From Planctomycetota bacterium (GTDB taxonomy: Bacteria > Planctomycetota > JAJSAM01 > JAJVHW01): DNA of 64,000 bases. Position numbers and translations under genes: made by a program. A model generated the notes under the pieces. It saw only the letters and a program-made list of their open reading frames with translations, made no database searches and was not told the origin of the DNA. The stretch covers positions 832,001 through 896,000 of the forward strand of contig CBDFJG010000003.1 of NCBI GenBank assembly GCA_965248445.1. Reading direction: 5' to 3'. Positions within the stretch are counted from its first letter, which is position 1. Each line of letters starts with the position of its first letter. Below are positions 38,990 through 49,173 of the stretch, piece by piece.

Positions 38990-40231
38990 TCAGACGTACC
39001 GAAGGAGATCACGGGCGGCAACAGCATCTGCCGCCACCTGCTCGGCGTCGGGATGCAGCAGGTAGATCTCCCACGCCTTCGTGTTCACATCGCGGCTGAC
39101 GGGCACGCACATGCCCGGCCGGCGCAACATCCCGACTCCGGCGAACGACGGAAGGGCCTCAACCTCGTCCAGCCCCACAACGTCGGCGACCCGCGGCACC
39201 TCCTCCTCCTGGATGCCGCTCAGGATGCGTGCGGACATGGCGTCGTAGTGCTCGTAGTCCACGTCGTGCGGTGAGATGCGGATGTCGTCGAGGTAGTGGC
39301 ACGTCGCGAGTTCGAACAGGCTGTGCCGGTGCAGCTTCGACGCAAGCATCGCCTGGTTGCCCCCGGCGAAGCGGGCCCCGACCTCGATCAGGCACGGGCC
39401 GTCGGCGTCGACCTTCGCTTCCATGTGGAACGGCGAGCGCCGCAGGCCGAGCGCCTGCACGACTTCGGTGGCGTAGTCGGCGAGCGAGTCGAACACCTCC
39501 GCGTCGCTGCCGACCTTGATCGACTCGAAGTAGAGGTTCTTCTCACCGTGGCTGTCGCGCTTGTCGTACCACCAGACGTCGGTGATCAACACCTCGCCCG
39601 CGTGATCGACGAGGCCGTTGATCGCGTACTCCTGACCGCCGACGTACTCCTCGAGGAGCACTTCGCCGAGGCCGCGCTCCCTCACGCTCGCGCAGCCGTC
39701 GATCAGTTCGGCCTCGCTGTTCGCGAAGAAGACGCTCATGGAGCCGGCACCCCCGCTCGGCTTCACCACGATCGGCCAGGCGCCAACTGCCTCCTGGAAC
39801 TGGAGCGCTTCCTCGTCCTCGGCCACGACACGCGAGCGGTTGACGCGCACGTTCCCGTGGTCACGCAGGTACGCCTTCATGAGCGATTTGTCGCGGAAGC
39901 GCTCGATGACCTCGCGCGTGTTCCAGTCGAGTTGCAGCCGTTCGTTGATGTCGGCTGCCAGGAGGATGTGTGTCTCGTCCCACGCGACGATCCCGAAGAA
40001 ACCGCCGGGGAACTCGGCCTTCAAGGCGTCGGTCAGTTCACCCAGCCGTTCGCGGTCCACGGCATGCTCGGCGACCACGTTCTCGCTCAGCAGGCGGCGC
40101 CACTTGTACTCCCACATCGCCTGTCGCTTCGGCGACGACAGCAGCACCACCGCCTCGAGTCCCATCCTGTCCAAGAACTGCTTCTGGTTCGCAGCGTACG
40201 TGTCGGTCGGGTCGAGGATGAGGTACGGCAT
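38990..40231 (-). CDS. ATP-grasp ligase, copy 6
   Basis: FRDKSLMK, WPIVVKPSGGAGS, EEYVGGQEY, HMEAK, IEVGARFAGG; same MPYLILDP start as its neighbour. Confidence 0.9.
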   Translation of the reverse strand: MPYLILDPTDTYAANQKQFLDRMGLEAVVLLSSPKRQAMWEYKWRRLLSENVVAEHAVDRERLGELTDALKAEFPGGFFGIVAWDETHILLAADINERLQLDWNTREVIERFRDKSLMKAYLRDHGNVRVNRSRVVAEDEEALQFQEAVGAWPIVVKPSGGAGSMSVFFANSEAELIDGCASVRERGLGEVLLEEYVGGQEYAINGLVDHAGEVLITDVWWYDKRDSHGEKNLYFESIKVGSDAEVFDSLADYATEVVQALGLRRSPFHMEAKVDADGPCLIEVGARFAGGNQAMLASKLHRHSLFELATCHYLDDIRISPHDVDYEHYDAMSARILSGIQEEEVPRVADVVGLDEVEALPSFAGVGMLRRPGMCVPVSRDVNTKAWEIYLLHPDAEQVAADAVAARDLLRYV

Positions 40232-40238
40232 CTCAGGA

Positions 40239-41465
40239 TCAGCCCACGTGGATCTCCAGCCGCTCCCCGGCGTACGTCAGCAACTCCCGCAGCGTGTCGT
40301 AGTCGGGGTGGCGCAGGCGGAACCAGACGTTGTTGAGATAGCCCTTGTGGATCGGGTCGGTGGGCGTGCCGCGGCCCGGCAGGCGCCGATCCCAGACCCA
40401 CGGGCCGATCTTTGCGGCCACCTCGCGCAGTCCTCCGTACCCGAGGATCCGGCCGTCCTTCTGAGGGCGCACCTGCACCGATCCGGTGGCGAACCGCCGA
40501 CTGGGCTTCTTGGCCCGCCGTCCGTGCAGCGTGACCGCCGCCCACTCGAACCAGGTGTCGATGTCGTTTCCCGCGGAGTAGAGGTCCCAGATCCGTTCGC
40601 CGGGGGGCCGGGCACCGATCTCGGAGAACTTCAGCCCCTTGGGGCCGAAGAACCACTCCATGTGCGTCGCAGCGGTGCCGATGCCGAGCGCCTGGATCAC
40701 CTTGCGTCCCATCACGCGCAGTTCGTCGTAACTGTCCAGTTCGACGCGGTTCGTCGACATGATCAGCGGCGAGAGCCGCCGGTCGCTCAGCGCCTCGAGC
40801 ACGCTCGGGTAGTAGTGCGAGATGAACTCGTGCTCCGGCACGCCGTCCACCGAGATCGTGTCGTAGAAGCCTTCGTGGCCCTCGACGAACTCCTCGATCG
40901 CGACGGATTCGCCACGGTGCACGTTCAGGCTGACCGCGGCCTGCTCGAGTTCGACCACGTTGTCGACGCGGTGAGTGCCGAGTCCGCCGAGCGCGGACCG
41001 CGGCTTCAGGATCAGCGGGAACCCCTCACGCTCCGCGAACGCGTGCAGTTCGCGCTTCGACGACACGGCCGCCGAGGCGGCACACGGCACGCCGGCTGCG
41101 CGCAGCGCCGCCTTCATCGCCGGCTTGTCGCGGCAGAGCGTCGCCGAACGGACGGAGAGACCCGGCAGTTCCAGCGCCTCGCGCACCTTCGCGACGTGGG
41201 TGACGATCGCCTCGTCCCCCGTCTCCACGAGATCAACTGAGCGGACGCGATCGACTCCGCGCACCGCATCGAACACCGCTCCCGCGTCGAGCAGACTCGG
41301 CACGTGGACGTAGTGATCGAGACACGGCTTGAGCTCCGGGTCGAGCCGGGACTGCGGCGTGTGGCCGATTCCGGTCACCAGCGCACCGGCCTGTTTCAGG
41401 CCGCGCACCATGTCCGCATAGGCGGAGTAGAGGTCCGGTCCGACGAACGCAACGTGCTTTGTCAT
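40239..41465 (-). CDS. ATP-grasp ligase, copy 7 (paralog of 27806-29026)
   Basis: CRDKPAMK, EEFVEGHEGFYDT, THMEWFFGPKGLKFSEIGARPPG; start taken as ATG 41465. Confidence 0.9.
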   Translation of the reverse strand: MTKHVAFVGPDLYSAYADMVRGLKQAGALVTGIGHTPQSRLDPELKPCLDHYVHVPSLLDAGAVFDAVRGVDRVRSVDLVETGDEAIVTHVAKVREALELPGLSVRSATLCRDKPAMKAALRAAGVPCAASAAVSSKRELHAFAEREGFPLILKPRSALGGLGTHRVDNVVELEQAAVSLNVHRGESVAIEEFVEGHEGFYDTISVDGVPEHEFISHYYPSVLEALSDRRLSPLIMSTNRVELDSYDELRVMGRKVIQALGIGTAATHMEWFFGPKGLKFSEIGARPPGERIWDLYSAGNDIDTWFEWAAVTLHGRRAKKPSRRFATGSVQVRPQKDGRILGYGGLREVAAKIGPWVWDRRLPGRGTPTDPIHKGYLNNVWFRLRHPDYDTLRELLTYAGERLEIHVG

Positions 41466-41549
41466 GGGCAACCGCGCAGTCGAACCGAACGCTCTGAGCG
41501 GCAGCAACTTCTTCGCCGCGCGAGCCCGGACACCGCCCAGCCGGCGGCG

Positions 41550-41879
41550 CTAGAGGTGCAGGATGCGCTCGGACTTGGTGACGCTGATCCGCTTGATCCG
41601 GTCAAACGGGATGTACTGCTTCACGGGCTCGGCGGCGACCTTGCGGCCGGCCGCCGTGAACTCTGTGACGACCACGATGTGATCCGAGCCCATCGCCGTG
41701 GCTTTCGCCTTGTAGAAGCCCGTGCGCAGGGAGTAGCCCACCGGCGCTCCCTCGTACGACTCCGGGTTCACGACCGTGACCGGGCCGCCGACCAGCGAAT
41801 TCAGGATGTCGCGGTAGCTCCGTGTGTCGGTCGCCGACTTGGTGGCGCTGATGCCCGTGCGTGCTGTGTCCTCACTCAT
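41550..41879 (-). CDS. Small protein with possible Sm/Hfq-like fold
   Basis: AAGGAGG RBS; pattern ILNSLVGGPVTV...GFYKAKATAMGSDHIVV...YIPFDRIKRI. Confidence 0.6.
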   Translation of the reverse strand: MSEDTARTGISATKSATDTRSYRDILNSLVGGPVTVVNPESYEGAPVGYSLRTGFYKAKATAMGSDHIVVVTEFTAAGRKVAAEPVKQYIPFDRIKRISVTKSERILHL

Positions 41880-42059
41880 CGTCTTTCCTCCTTGGGCGGG
41901 CGATCCTACGGTCCTCGGCGCCCGCGCGCGACTTCGAGGTCTCATCCGCTGCACTCTCCGCCCCGAGGCGTGAGATGGCCAAGCGGAAGGCCGACGACGA
42001 GGCTCTGGGGTCGCTGTTCCGCGGATCAGGCAAGGGAGCCCGCTGCAGGTGAGGCAGGG

Positions 42060-43223
42060 CTACGCAGGCGCGTCGATCGTGAGCACCAACAACGTCGTGA
42101 TGTGGCCCTCCAGCAGGAGCTTGATGTGCTGGCCGCCGGCGGTCGTGAAGAACGGCTCGACGTCGTACCGCCGGTCGAACTCGTGATCGCCAATGTCGAA
42201 CTCGATTGGGCGGAGCCGGTAGCCCGCCGCGCGCAGGCGCTCGGCCAGATCCCCGATGTCGCTCTCGCGGTACAGCACGTTGCCACCGGTCTCGACCGTG
42301 TCGAGCGTCGATGACACGTTGAACTCGGTGGTGTGCACGGCGAGTCCGCCGGGCCGTAGCAGCTTCGCTGACTCGAGCACGAACTCGATACCCGCGCCGA
42401 GGCTGCCCAGGTGCTCGAGCGCGCACGAACTCCAGATGAAGTCGACGGGGCCCTCGCCCGCGAGCGTCGACAGATCGCGCATGTCCGCGTGGGCGAAACG
42501 CACCCTCTCCGTGAAGAGATCGCGATCGACGATCTTGGAGTGCCAGAGAGCGTCTACCCCGGCCGCGTGCTGATCCGTCATCGCCCAGCGCTGCGATCCG
42601 CTGTCGCTCGCCGCCAGATCCGTAGCGAGGACCTGAGCACCGGCGCGCGCGAACACGGACGCAAGCGGCTCCTTGCCGACCGCGAAGCCAATCCCCGTGC
42701 GACCGTCCGAGAGCACTCCGTGCCGGTCCAGGAGTTCAGCGATCACGCACCACTCCCACGACTTGCGCGTGTACTGGTAGTCGTGCAGCGACTCCGGACG
42801 CCACGGTCCGGACATCGCCTCGTGCCGGCGGCGATACCAGTCGGTCAGGAAGTCGGCATGCTTGCAGACTCCAGCGCTGGGGCCGCTCGACACCGCGTTC
42901 GCGCCGTCGCCCGTGAGTCGTTGCTCGAGCCGCCGCACGTCCATACTGAGCTGAAGAACGTCGTGCTCCAGCTTGCCGACGCGCGCACCCTTCGGCATGG
43001 CACGGAGCCGTCTGCGGACGCTCCTCGGAGTGACCTTCACGAGGCAGCGCACTGCGAAATCGCGAAGGCCCACGCTCGCTCTCCATCGCCCGAGTTCCTG
43101 GCCGCGATTCTGGTTCGCGGCCCGCGAGTATACGTAGGCACGGAGACCGCCGTCACCGGCCGAGTGGGCAGGCGCTTTGACCGCCCCAAACGCACGTGTA
43201 AGCTCCGATCCAGGTCGGTCCAT
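42060..43223 (-). CDS. Class I SAM-dependent methyltransferase (true start may be downstream)
   Basis: GIGFAVGKEP...VLATDL, HADMRDL, VDFIWSSCALEHLG, LRPGGLAVHTTEFN. Confidence 0.8.
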   Translation of the reverse strand: MDRPGSELTRAFGAVKAPAHSAGDGGLRAYVYSRAANQNRGQELGRWRASVGLRDFAVRCLVKVTPRSVRRRLRAMPKGARVGKLEHDVLQLSMDVRRLEQRLTGDGANAVSSGPSAGVCKHADFLTDWYRRRHEAMSGPWRPESLHDYQYTRKSWEWCVIAELLDRHGVLSDGRTGIGFAVGKEPLASVFARAGAQVLATDLAASDSGSQRWAMTDQHAAGVDALWHSKIVDRDLFTERVRFAHADMRDLSTLAGEGPVDFIWSSCALEHLGSLGAGIEFVLESAKLLRPGGLAVHTTEFNVSSTLDTVETGGNVLYRESDIGDLAERLRAAGYRLRPIEFDIGDHEFDRRYDVEPFFTTAGGQHIKLLLEGHITTLLVLTIDAPA

Positions 43224-43258
43224 CGACGGCCTCGCCGCGGAGGATCGGACCGGACAGC

Positions 43259-45502
43259 ATGTCGCTCAAGACGCTCGCGCTGATCGGCTGCGGCTGCCTC
43301 GCCGCCTGCGCCACTTGGTTCTTCTTCATTCGTCCGGCGCCGGACGCGGTCGCGGAGGGCGAACTGCCGGAACAGCTCGCGAGCGGCCGCTTCGGGCTCT
43401 CGGAAGAGAAGCAGCGCTACATCTGGGACATCGAGCACCTCTCGTTCGTCCTCAGTCAGGACGTCGCGCCGATCTTCAAGGACGCGAGCCGCGGTGGCGA
43501 TCCGGCGCCGCTGGTCGCGCTGCTCGATCCCGCGTTCGCGGGTACCGTCCTGACAGGCGGCGGATCCACGCTGACGCACGGCCCGGTGACCGTTAAGACC
43601 TGGCGCGCCGGACGCGCCCCCGCTGGAACGGTCGACCGCGCCGCGCTGGTCGACGAGATGGCGGGCTGGGGACGGACGTTCGAGACGATCGACTCGGTCG
43701 GCATCCACTTCACCGGGCTCTCCCCTGTCACTCTGGGGGCGCTCGACGGGCCCTGGACGTCGCGCTGGGAGATACGCATCGCGGGCAGCCGCCCGGGCGG
43801 CACGCGCGCCGAGATGCTGGTGGACTGCTCGTTCGACTTCTCCCGCCTGACCGAGACGCCGGCGAAGGAGGAGGGCTGGATCACCGCGGCGGCGGTGGAG
43901 CGCTCCTGGCTCAACACGAGCACCTCCCGGCTCATGGAGGAGATCACGGACACGACAGGAATTCGCGTCGCCCTGTTTCGCGACAACTGGAAGCGCTTCG
44001 CGCCGCCCTACGAGCCAGTCACCGGCGGCGCCCACCTGCTGGACTTCGACCGCGACGGGCACACCGATCTGCTCATCACCGGTGAGCCGCGGCACTACCT
44101 GTACCGCGGTCGCGGCGACGGGAAGTTCGACCAGGTCACCGAGGAAGCGGGCTTGCCGGTCGGCAGCCGGATCGTGGGAGCGTTCGTGGCCGACCTCGAC
44201 GGAGACGGGTTCGAGGACTTGGTAATGAGCGCGGTGATCGCGGGCCGCGAGGTGGAGACGCACATCTTCCGCAACAGCGGGACGGGAACGTTCGAAGCTG
44301 TCTGGCCGGACCAGCACGACCTGGCCCGCTTCGTCATCTCGGATCACATGGGCGTCGCCGACTACGACGGCGACGGGCTGGTCGACCTGTACGTGCCCAA
44401 GGGAGGACTCCCGCCCCCCGGCGACGTCGGCGGGCCCCGTTGGCTCGGCGACCGCACGAGTCCCGAGGGACTGCTTCTGCGAAACCTCGGCAACTGGCGT
44501 TTCGAAGACGTGACAGAGGCTGCCGGGCTGGCGGGCGAGTCCGTCGACACGTTCGCGATCGTCTGGCTCGATCTTGAGCCTGACGGCGACGCCGATCTGT
44601 TCCTCGCGAACCACATGGGAGCGAACGTCTTGTGGAAGAACCAGGGCGACGGCACGTTCGAGAAGGTCGCGCTGCCCCGCCAGGGTTTCGGCGGGTTCAG
44701 CATGGGCGCGACGGCCGGCGACCTCGACGGCGACGGCGACCCGGACCTCTACGTCGCCAACATGTACTCGTCGGCGGGCACCCGCGTCATCGCGAACCTG
44801 CGCCCCGAGGACTATCCCGAGAATGCGCTCGACTTCATCCAGGGCTTCGTCACCGGGAACGAGCTCTACGTGAACGACGGAAGCGGGGATCTCACGCCGA
44901 GCGGCGTCGGCGCCGGGGTTGCCAACAGCGGCTGGTCCTACGGACCCGCAGTCGTCGACCTCGACGGCGACGGCGCGCTGGATCTCTACGCGCCCGCCGG
45001 TTTCCAGAGCGTGCAGCGCGGCGACCCGGACGGATGAAGCTGCGTCTGGCGGGCTGCCGTGTCGCAGCCCACGCAGCGCATGCTCGAACTCGAGCCGGTC
45101 GGCGAGGTCGACACGGAGCGCGGCGAGTTCTGGCTGGGAAACCCGTGGCGCGTCGGAGAGACCACGCGCAACCTGAGCTCGTTCGAACCGAACCAGGTGT
45201 TCCTGAACATCGGCAGCGGGAAGTTCGCAGACGTCGGACACCTCAGCGGGGCGAACTCCGACGGCGACGGCCGCGGTGTCCTGGTGGCCGACGTGACCGG
45301 CGATCTGCAGCCCGACCTGCTCGTCCGGCAGAGCGGCGGAGGCGCGCTGCGCGTGTACGCGAACCGCTTCCCTGCCGCGAGCCGCCTCGAGGTCTCGCTC
45401 GAGGGCACGAAGAGCAACCGCCTCGGCATCGGCGCCACCGTCGTCGCCGAGGCCGGCGGACTCCGCGTCAGCCGGCAGTTGTTCCCGACGGGCAACTTCA
45501 GC
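43259..45502 (+). CDS. FG-GAP/VCBS-repeat CRTAC1-family protein with ASPIC/UnbV domain; in-frame UGA at 45035-45037 (candidate Sec); C-terminus cut by IS66 at 45503
   Basis: Repeats DFDRDGHTDL, DLDGDGFEDL, DYDGDGLVDL, DLDGDGDPDL, DLDGDGALDL. The same frame continues after TGA (SCVWRAAVSQ...EPNQVFLN...DVTGDLQPDL...LEGTKSNRLGIGATV) up to the IS end. Confidence 0.8.
45039..45077 (+). promoter_or_regulatory. Candidate bacterial SECIS hairpin
   Basis: GCTGCGT (45039-45045) pairs with ACGCAGC (45071-45077). GGGCTGC (45051-45057) pairs with GCAGCCC (45064-45070). Loop CGTGTC begins 20 nt after the UGA with G at position 2 followed by U. Confidence 0.6.
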
Positions 45503-47002
45503 GTAACCGTTCACCCCTTCGTCGCGAGCCAGTATCCAGATCGTTCGGCCATCGGTCGATCAAGATGTTGTGGGCGAGCGGCAGGACGAGGATCTGCGGG
45601 CGATGGTCGAGGGCCTTCTGGCCTGGATCGAGGAGCTGGAGCGTCGCGAAGCGAAGCATCTGCGCCGCATCGACGAGCTCGAGTCGCGTCTGAAGCGTGA
45701 CTCCCGCAACAGCTCGAGGCCTCCGTCGTCGGACCCGGCGTGGTCCAAGCGCCGTCGCGGCCGAAGGCCGCGTAGCGGTCGCCAGCAGGGCGGACAGCCG
45801 GGCCATGAGGGCACGGCGCGCGAGCTGGTGGATCCGTCCAACGTCGATGAGACCAAGGAGCACCGTCCCGACCTCTGCGACGCGTGCGGACACGACGATC
45901 TCGAGCAGGGCATCGGCGATCCGTACCGGCACCAGGTGACGGTGCTCCCGCGCGTGCTCGTCACGGTGCGGGAGCACCGGCTGCACAAGGCGCGGTGCCG
46001 GCGCTGTCGTGCGGTCACGACGGCGGTCCTGCCCGATGGCGTGCCGACCGGGGCCTTCGGTCCGCGGCTGACCACACTTGCCGGCGCGCTGCGCGGCGTG
46101 TACCGCGTGAGCGTGCGGGAGACGCAGCGGCTGCTCGGTGAGATCTTCGGTGTGAAGATGTCGCTGGGCAAGATCAGCGACTGTGAGCGTCGGCTCAGTG
46201 ACGCTCTGCACTCGTCGTACCTCGAAGCCCTCGGGGCAGTCCGCACGTCGCTGCGAGCCAACGTGGACGAGACGTCGTGGAAGGAACGGGGCCGGGTGTG
46301 CTGGCTGTGGGCGGCGGAGAGCGAGCACGCCACAGCCTTCGGGATCGATCGCCGCCGCAGTGCCAAGGCGAAAGGGCGGCTGATCGGGCGGCGCTTCGGT
46401 GGCACGGTGATCAGCGACCGGATGGGTGCCTACGAGTCACACCCACTTGCCCGCCGCCAGCTCTGCTGGGCGCACATCGAGCGCGCCTTCCGTGCGCTGG
46501 CCGAAGGCCCGTGAGGACATCGCCGCTTCGGCAACAAGGGCGTCATGATCGCGCAGTCGGTCATGCGCAGCTACCGGCTCTTCGGTGAGCACGGCGACCG
46601 TGACCGGCTGCAAGGCGAAGCCGCTGTGCTGCGCGGACGGCTCGAGCGACTGATCGCGAACGACGACTCGGCTCTGGCCAACCATCTGCGCCCCCGCGTG
46701 GTCGCCCTCTTCACCTATGCGCGGACCCAGGACGTGAGTCCGACGAACAACGCCGCCGAGCGCGCGGTCCGCAAAGCGGTGCTCTGGCGCAAGGGCTCCT
46801 TCGGAAGCCAGTCCGCTCGCGGACTCCGCTTCGCCGAGCGCGTGTTGACCGCCGCGGCCACGCTGCGACGCCGTGGCGACCAAGTCTTCGACTTCCTCGC
46901 CGACTCGGTCGCCGCGCACCTCACCGGCGCCGACCCGCCCGTCATGGTCCCGATGCCCGTCGCACGCTGAGGCTCACACGCTGTCAAGGGGTGAACGGTT
47001 AC
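45503..47002 (+). mobile_element. IS66-family single-ORF (ISBst12-group-like) element, copy A, 1500 bp
   Basis: Terminal IRs GTAACCGTTCACCCCTT / AAGGGGTGAACGGTTAC; flanks ACTTCAGC and GGCTGCTA do not form a target duplication. Confidence 0.9.
45570..46970 (+). pseudogene. IS66 transposase with a nonsense mutation
   Basis: NSSRPPSSD, GGQPGHEG, NVDETSW, RQLCWAH, PTNNAAER; TGA at 46512-46514 where the other copies have CGA. Confidence 0.85.
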
Positions 47003-47007
47003 GGCTG

Positions 47008-49173
47008 CTACTCCGCCTCTTCGAGTCGAACTCGCAGGTCGTGCGTCCCGGCCGCGACGTCCTCGACGTCGATCCATGCCTTGCCCTTGGCAGCCACGCG
47101 CACGGTGTAACGGCCCAGCGGGTGGAGGCCGTGGACGGCGAAGCGACCTTGTGCGTCCGCGCGTGCGCGGCCGTCCCACTGGCGCTCGTCCGTCATGCGA
47201 AGCACATCGATGCCCGCACCGGGAAGAGGACTGCCGCCGGCGTCGACGACGGTCCCCGAGATGCGCGGACCGCGTGAGAGCACGAGTCGCAGTCCCTCGG
47301 CGGGCGCGCTCAGCTGCTCCCCTCCGTCGAGATAGCACCGAGACCAATCCGGCGCCCGTGACTTGAGGACGACGCGACACGCTCCTGGCTCCAACCCCTC
47401 GATCACGAACGCGCCGCTCGCATCCGTCTTTGCCCCGGGACCGGACTGGTGGCCGTGCCTTGGCGCGTCTCCCGTGAGCACGAGCACCTCGCGTCCTGCG
47501 ACGGGCTTGCCGTCGCCGTCCACGACGGTCCCGGTCATCTTGGCGCCGGACTCGACCGTGATCGTGAGACCCGTCGTGCCGGGCGCGACGGACGCCACCG
47601 TCTGCTTGCGATACCGCCGCTTGACGTGGCCGGAGGGGAAGCTGACATCCACCGCGTAGACGATGTTCACGAGACCCTCGATCGAGAACCTGCCGTCGGC
47701 GGCACTCGTCGCATGCATGACTCTCCCGATCGTCCGCGAGTGCGGGGATGCCGTCAGGTGGGCGCCCGCGACGTGATTCCCGTCGCCGTCGACCACGGTG
47801 CCGGAGATCCCGAAGCCTCGCTCGACGAGGATCTCTATGTTCCTGTCGCGTGGGATGGAGACGGCGCGCTGGAGCGGAACGAAACGAACTGAACTGTCGA
47901 CCCGCGGCCCGACCGCGAGCCGCACGTCGCCCACCCCGAGATGCAGCGTGAAGCGGCCCTCCGCATCGGTGGCCGTCCGTCCGGCGCCGTACGTGAAGGG
48001 GCGGCCGTTCGCAGGCGCAAACGGGTTGGGCTCGAGCCGGACCGATGCGTTCTCGATCGGCGTTCCGTCACGAAGGGCAACGCGTCCCTGGAGTTCATGG
48101 GAGCGTGGCAGCTTCAAAGTCCCGAGTTCACGGGCCAGCTCGAGGCGCCAAGCCAGGCGCAGATACCCCGCGGCGCGCACGTACACCGCGTTCTGGAGGA
48201 CGGTCGTCTGCTCGACCTCGAAGCGTCCGGCCGCGTCGGTCTCGACGTGCGGTGGCGCCCGATCGGTGATGTCGGGATCGCGCGGGTACAGACGTGCACC
48301 GGCTATCGGGAGACCGGTCTCACGGTCCACGACGCGTCCAGCGAAGCGCTCGATCGGTCGCAGCGTGATGTCCTGCTCCGTCTCGTCCCAGTCGTCGATC
48401 GTGACCCGCCTGCGGAGCGGTGTCATGTAGCCCTTGGCGCGCGCTTCGAGCGACAAGCCGCGTGCGGTCGCGTCGACCTCGAAACTGAATGAGCCGTCGG
48501 TGCAGTCTTGCCAAGACGTCACGGGTCGGATCTCGTCTCGCACCCTCGCCGGCAAGGGGCCGCCTCCCGCCACGGCGGAGACGACGGTCCCGAGGGTCGG
48601 CTGGTTCGACGGCCGACGATCGAGAGCGAGGTGGACATGGACCTGCGCTCCGGGAATCGGCGACCCCCTCGGGTCGAGGACGCGGACGTTGACGACGACC
48701 TTGCGCGCGGCGGGCAAGCGGACGACGACGTCGGTGGTCTCGCCCGCCACGACCTCCTCCACGACGGAGCCGCCGGCACCGTGATCCGGGTGCAGAACCC
48801 AGATGGGACGGCTCTTCCCGGGCGGGAAGTTGCGCAGTTCGAACGACCCGTCCGCGTCGCTCTCGGTGCGCCGGCCCATGATCGCGACCGCCGAGTCCGC
48901 CACGGCGACACCATCCGCGTCCTCCACTCGGCCGCGGACGACACCGAACCGCGCTTCCGTGTCCTCGTCGACGGTCGCCCCTGCCCGCCCGGGGGTGGTT
49001 CGCGGAACACGCGGACGCACGGTGTCGGGGGTGCTCTCAGGCCCTGCGGTCTCCGGCGCCGAGGCTGGTGTCCGAGGTGCGGGAGTGGGCCTGGAGTCGC
49101 GGACGGCCAGGACCACCGCCGCGATCAGGACCGCGACGACGCCGATCACCACAACGAGCCATCTGCGTCGCAT
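47008..49173 (-). CDS. Membrane-anchored protein with tandem carboxypeptidase-regulatory-like domains
   Basis: N-terminal TM, Pro-rich linker, repeated GRV(V)DxxGxP(I/V)xGA...TDAxGRF units. Confidence 0.85.
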   Translation of the reverse strand: MRRRWLVVVIGVVAVLIAAVVLAVRDSRPTPAPRTPASAPETAGPESTPDTVRPRVPRTTPGRAGATVDEDTEARFGVVRGRVEDADGVAVADSAVAIMGRRTESDADGSFELRNFPPGKSRPIWVLHPDHGAGGSVVEEVVAGETTDVVVRLPAARKVVVNVRVLDPRGSPIPGAQVHVHLALDRRPSNQPTLGTVVSAVAGGGPLPARVRDEIRPVTSWQDCTDGSFSFEVDATARGLSLEARAKGYMTPLRRRVTIDDWDETEQDITLRPIERFAGRVVDRETGLPIAGARLYPRDPDITDRAPPHVETDAAGRFEVEQTTVLQNAVYVRAAGYLRLAWRLELARELGTLKLPRSHELQGRVALRDGTPIENASVRLEPNPFAPANGRPFTYGAGRTATDAEGRFTLHLGVGDVRLAVGPRVDSSVRFVPLQRAVSIPRDRNIEILVERGFGISGTVVDGDGNHVAGAHLTASPHSRTIGRVMHATSAADGRFSIEGLVNIVYAVDVSFPSGHVKRRYRKQTVASVAPGTTGLTITVESGAKMTGTVVDGDGKPVAGREVLVLTGDAPRHGHQSGPGAKTDASGAFVIEGLEPGACRVVLKSRAPDWSRCYLDGGEQLSAPAEGLRLVLSRGPRISGTVVDAGGSPLPGAGIDVLRMTDERQWDGRARADAQGRFAVHGLHPLGRYTVRVAAKGKAWIDVEDVAAGTHDLRVRLEEAE

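Noticed and set aside
17986..41465. Graspetide/microviridin-type RiPP cluster
   Set aside because: No precursor peptide with repeated cores or a leader motif was seen, and no peptide exporter.
45034..45693. ATGA overlap as a coupled start of a new gene (MKLRLAGC...)
   Set aside because: That frame is Arg/Ala-rich shadow sequence; the FG-GAP/ASPIC homology is in the frame of the upstream gene.
46512..46514. In-frame TGA in IS66 transposase copy A as recoding
   Set aside because: Sister copies have CGA (Arg) at this codon, so it is a simple C-to-T nonsense change or a sequencing error.
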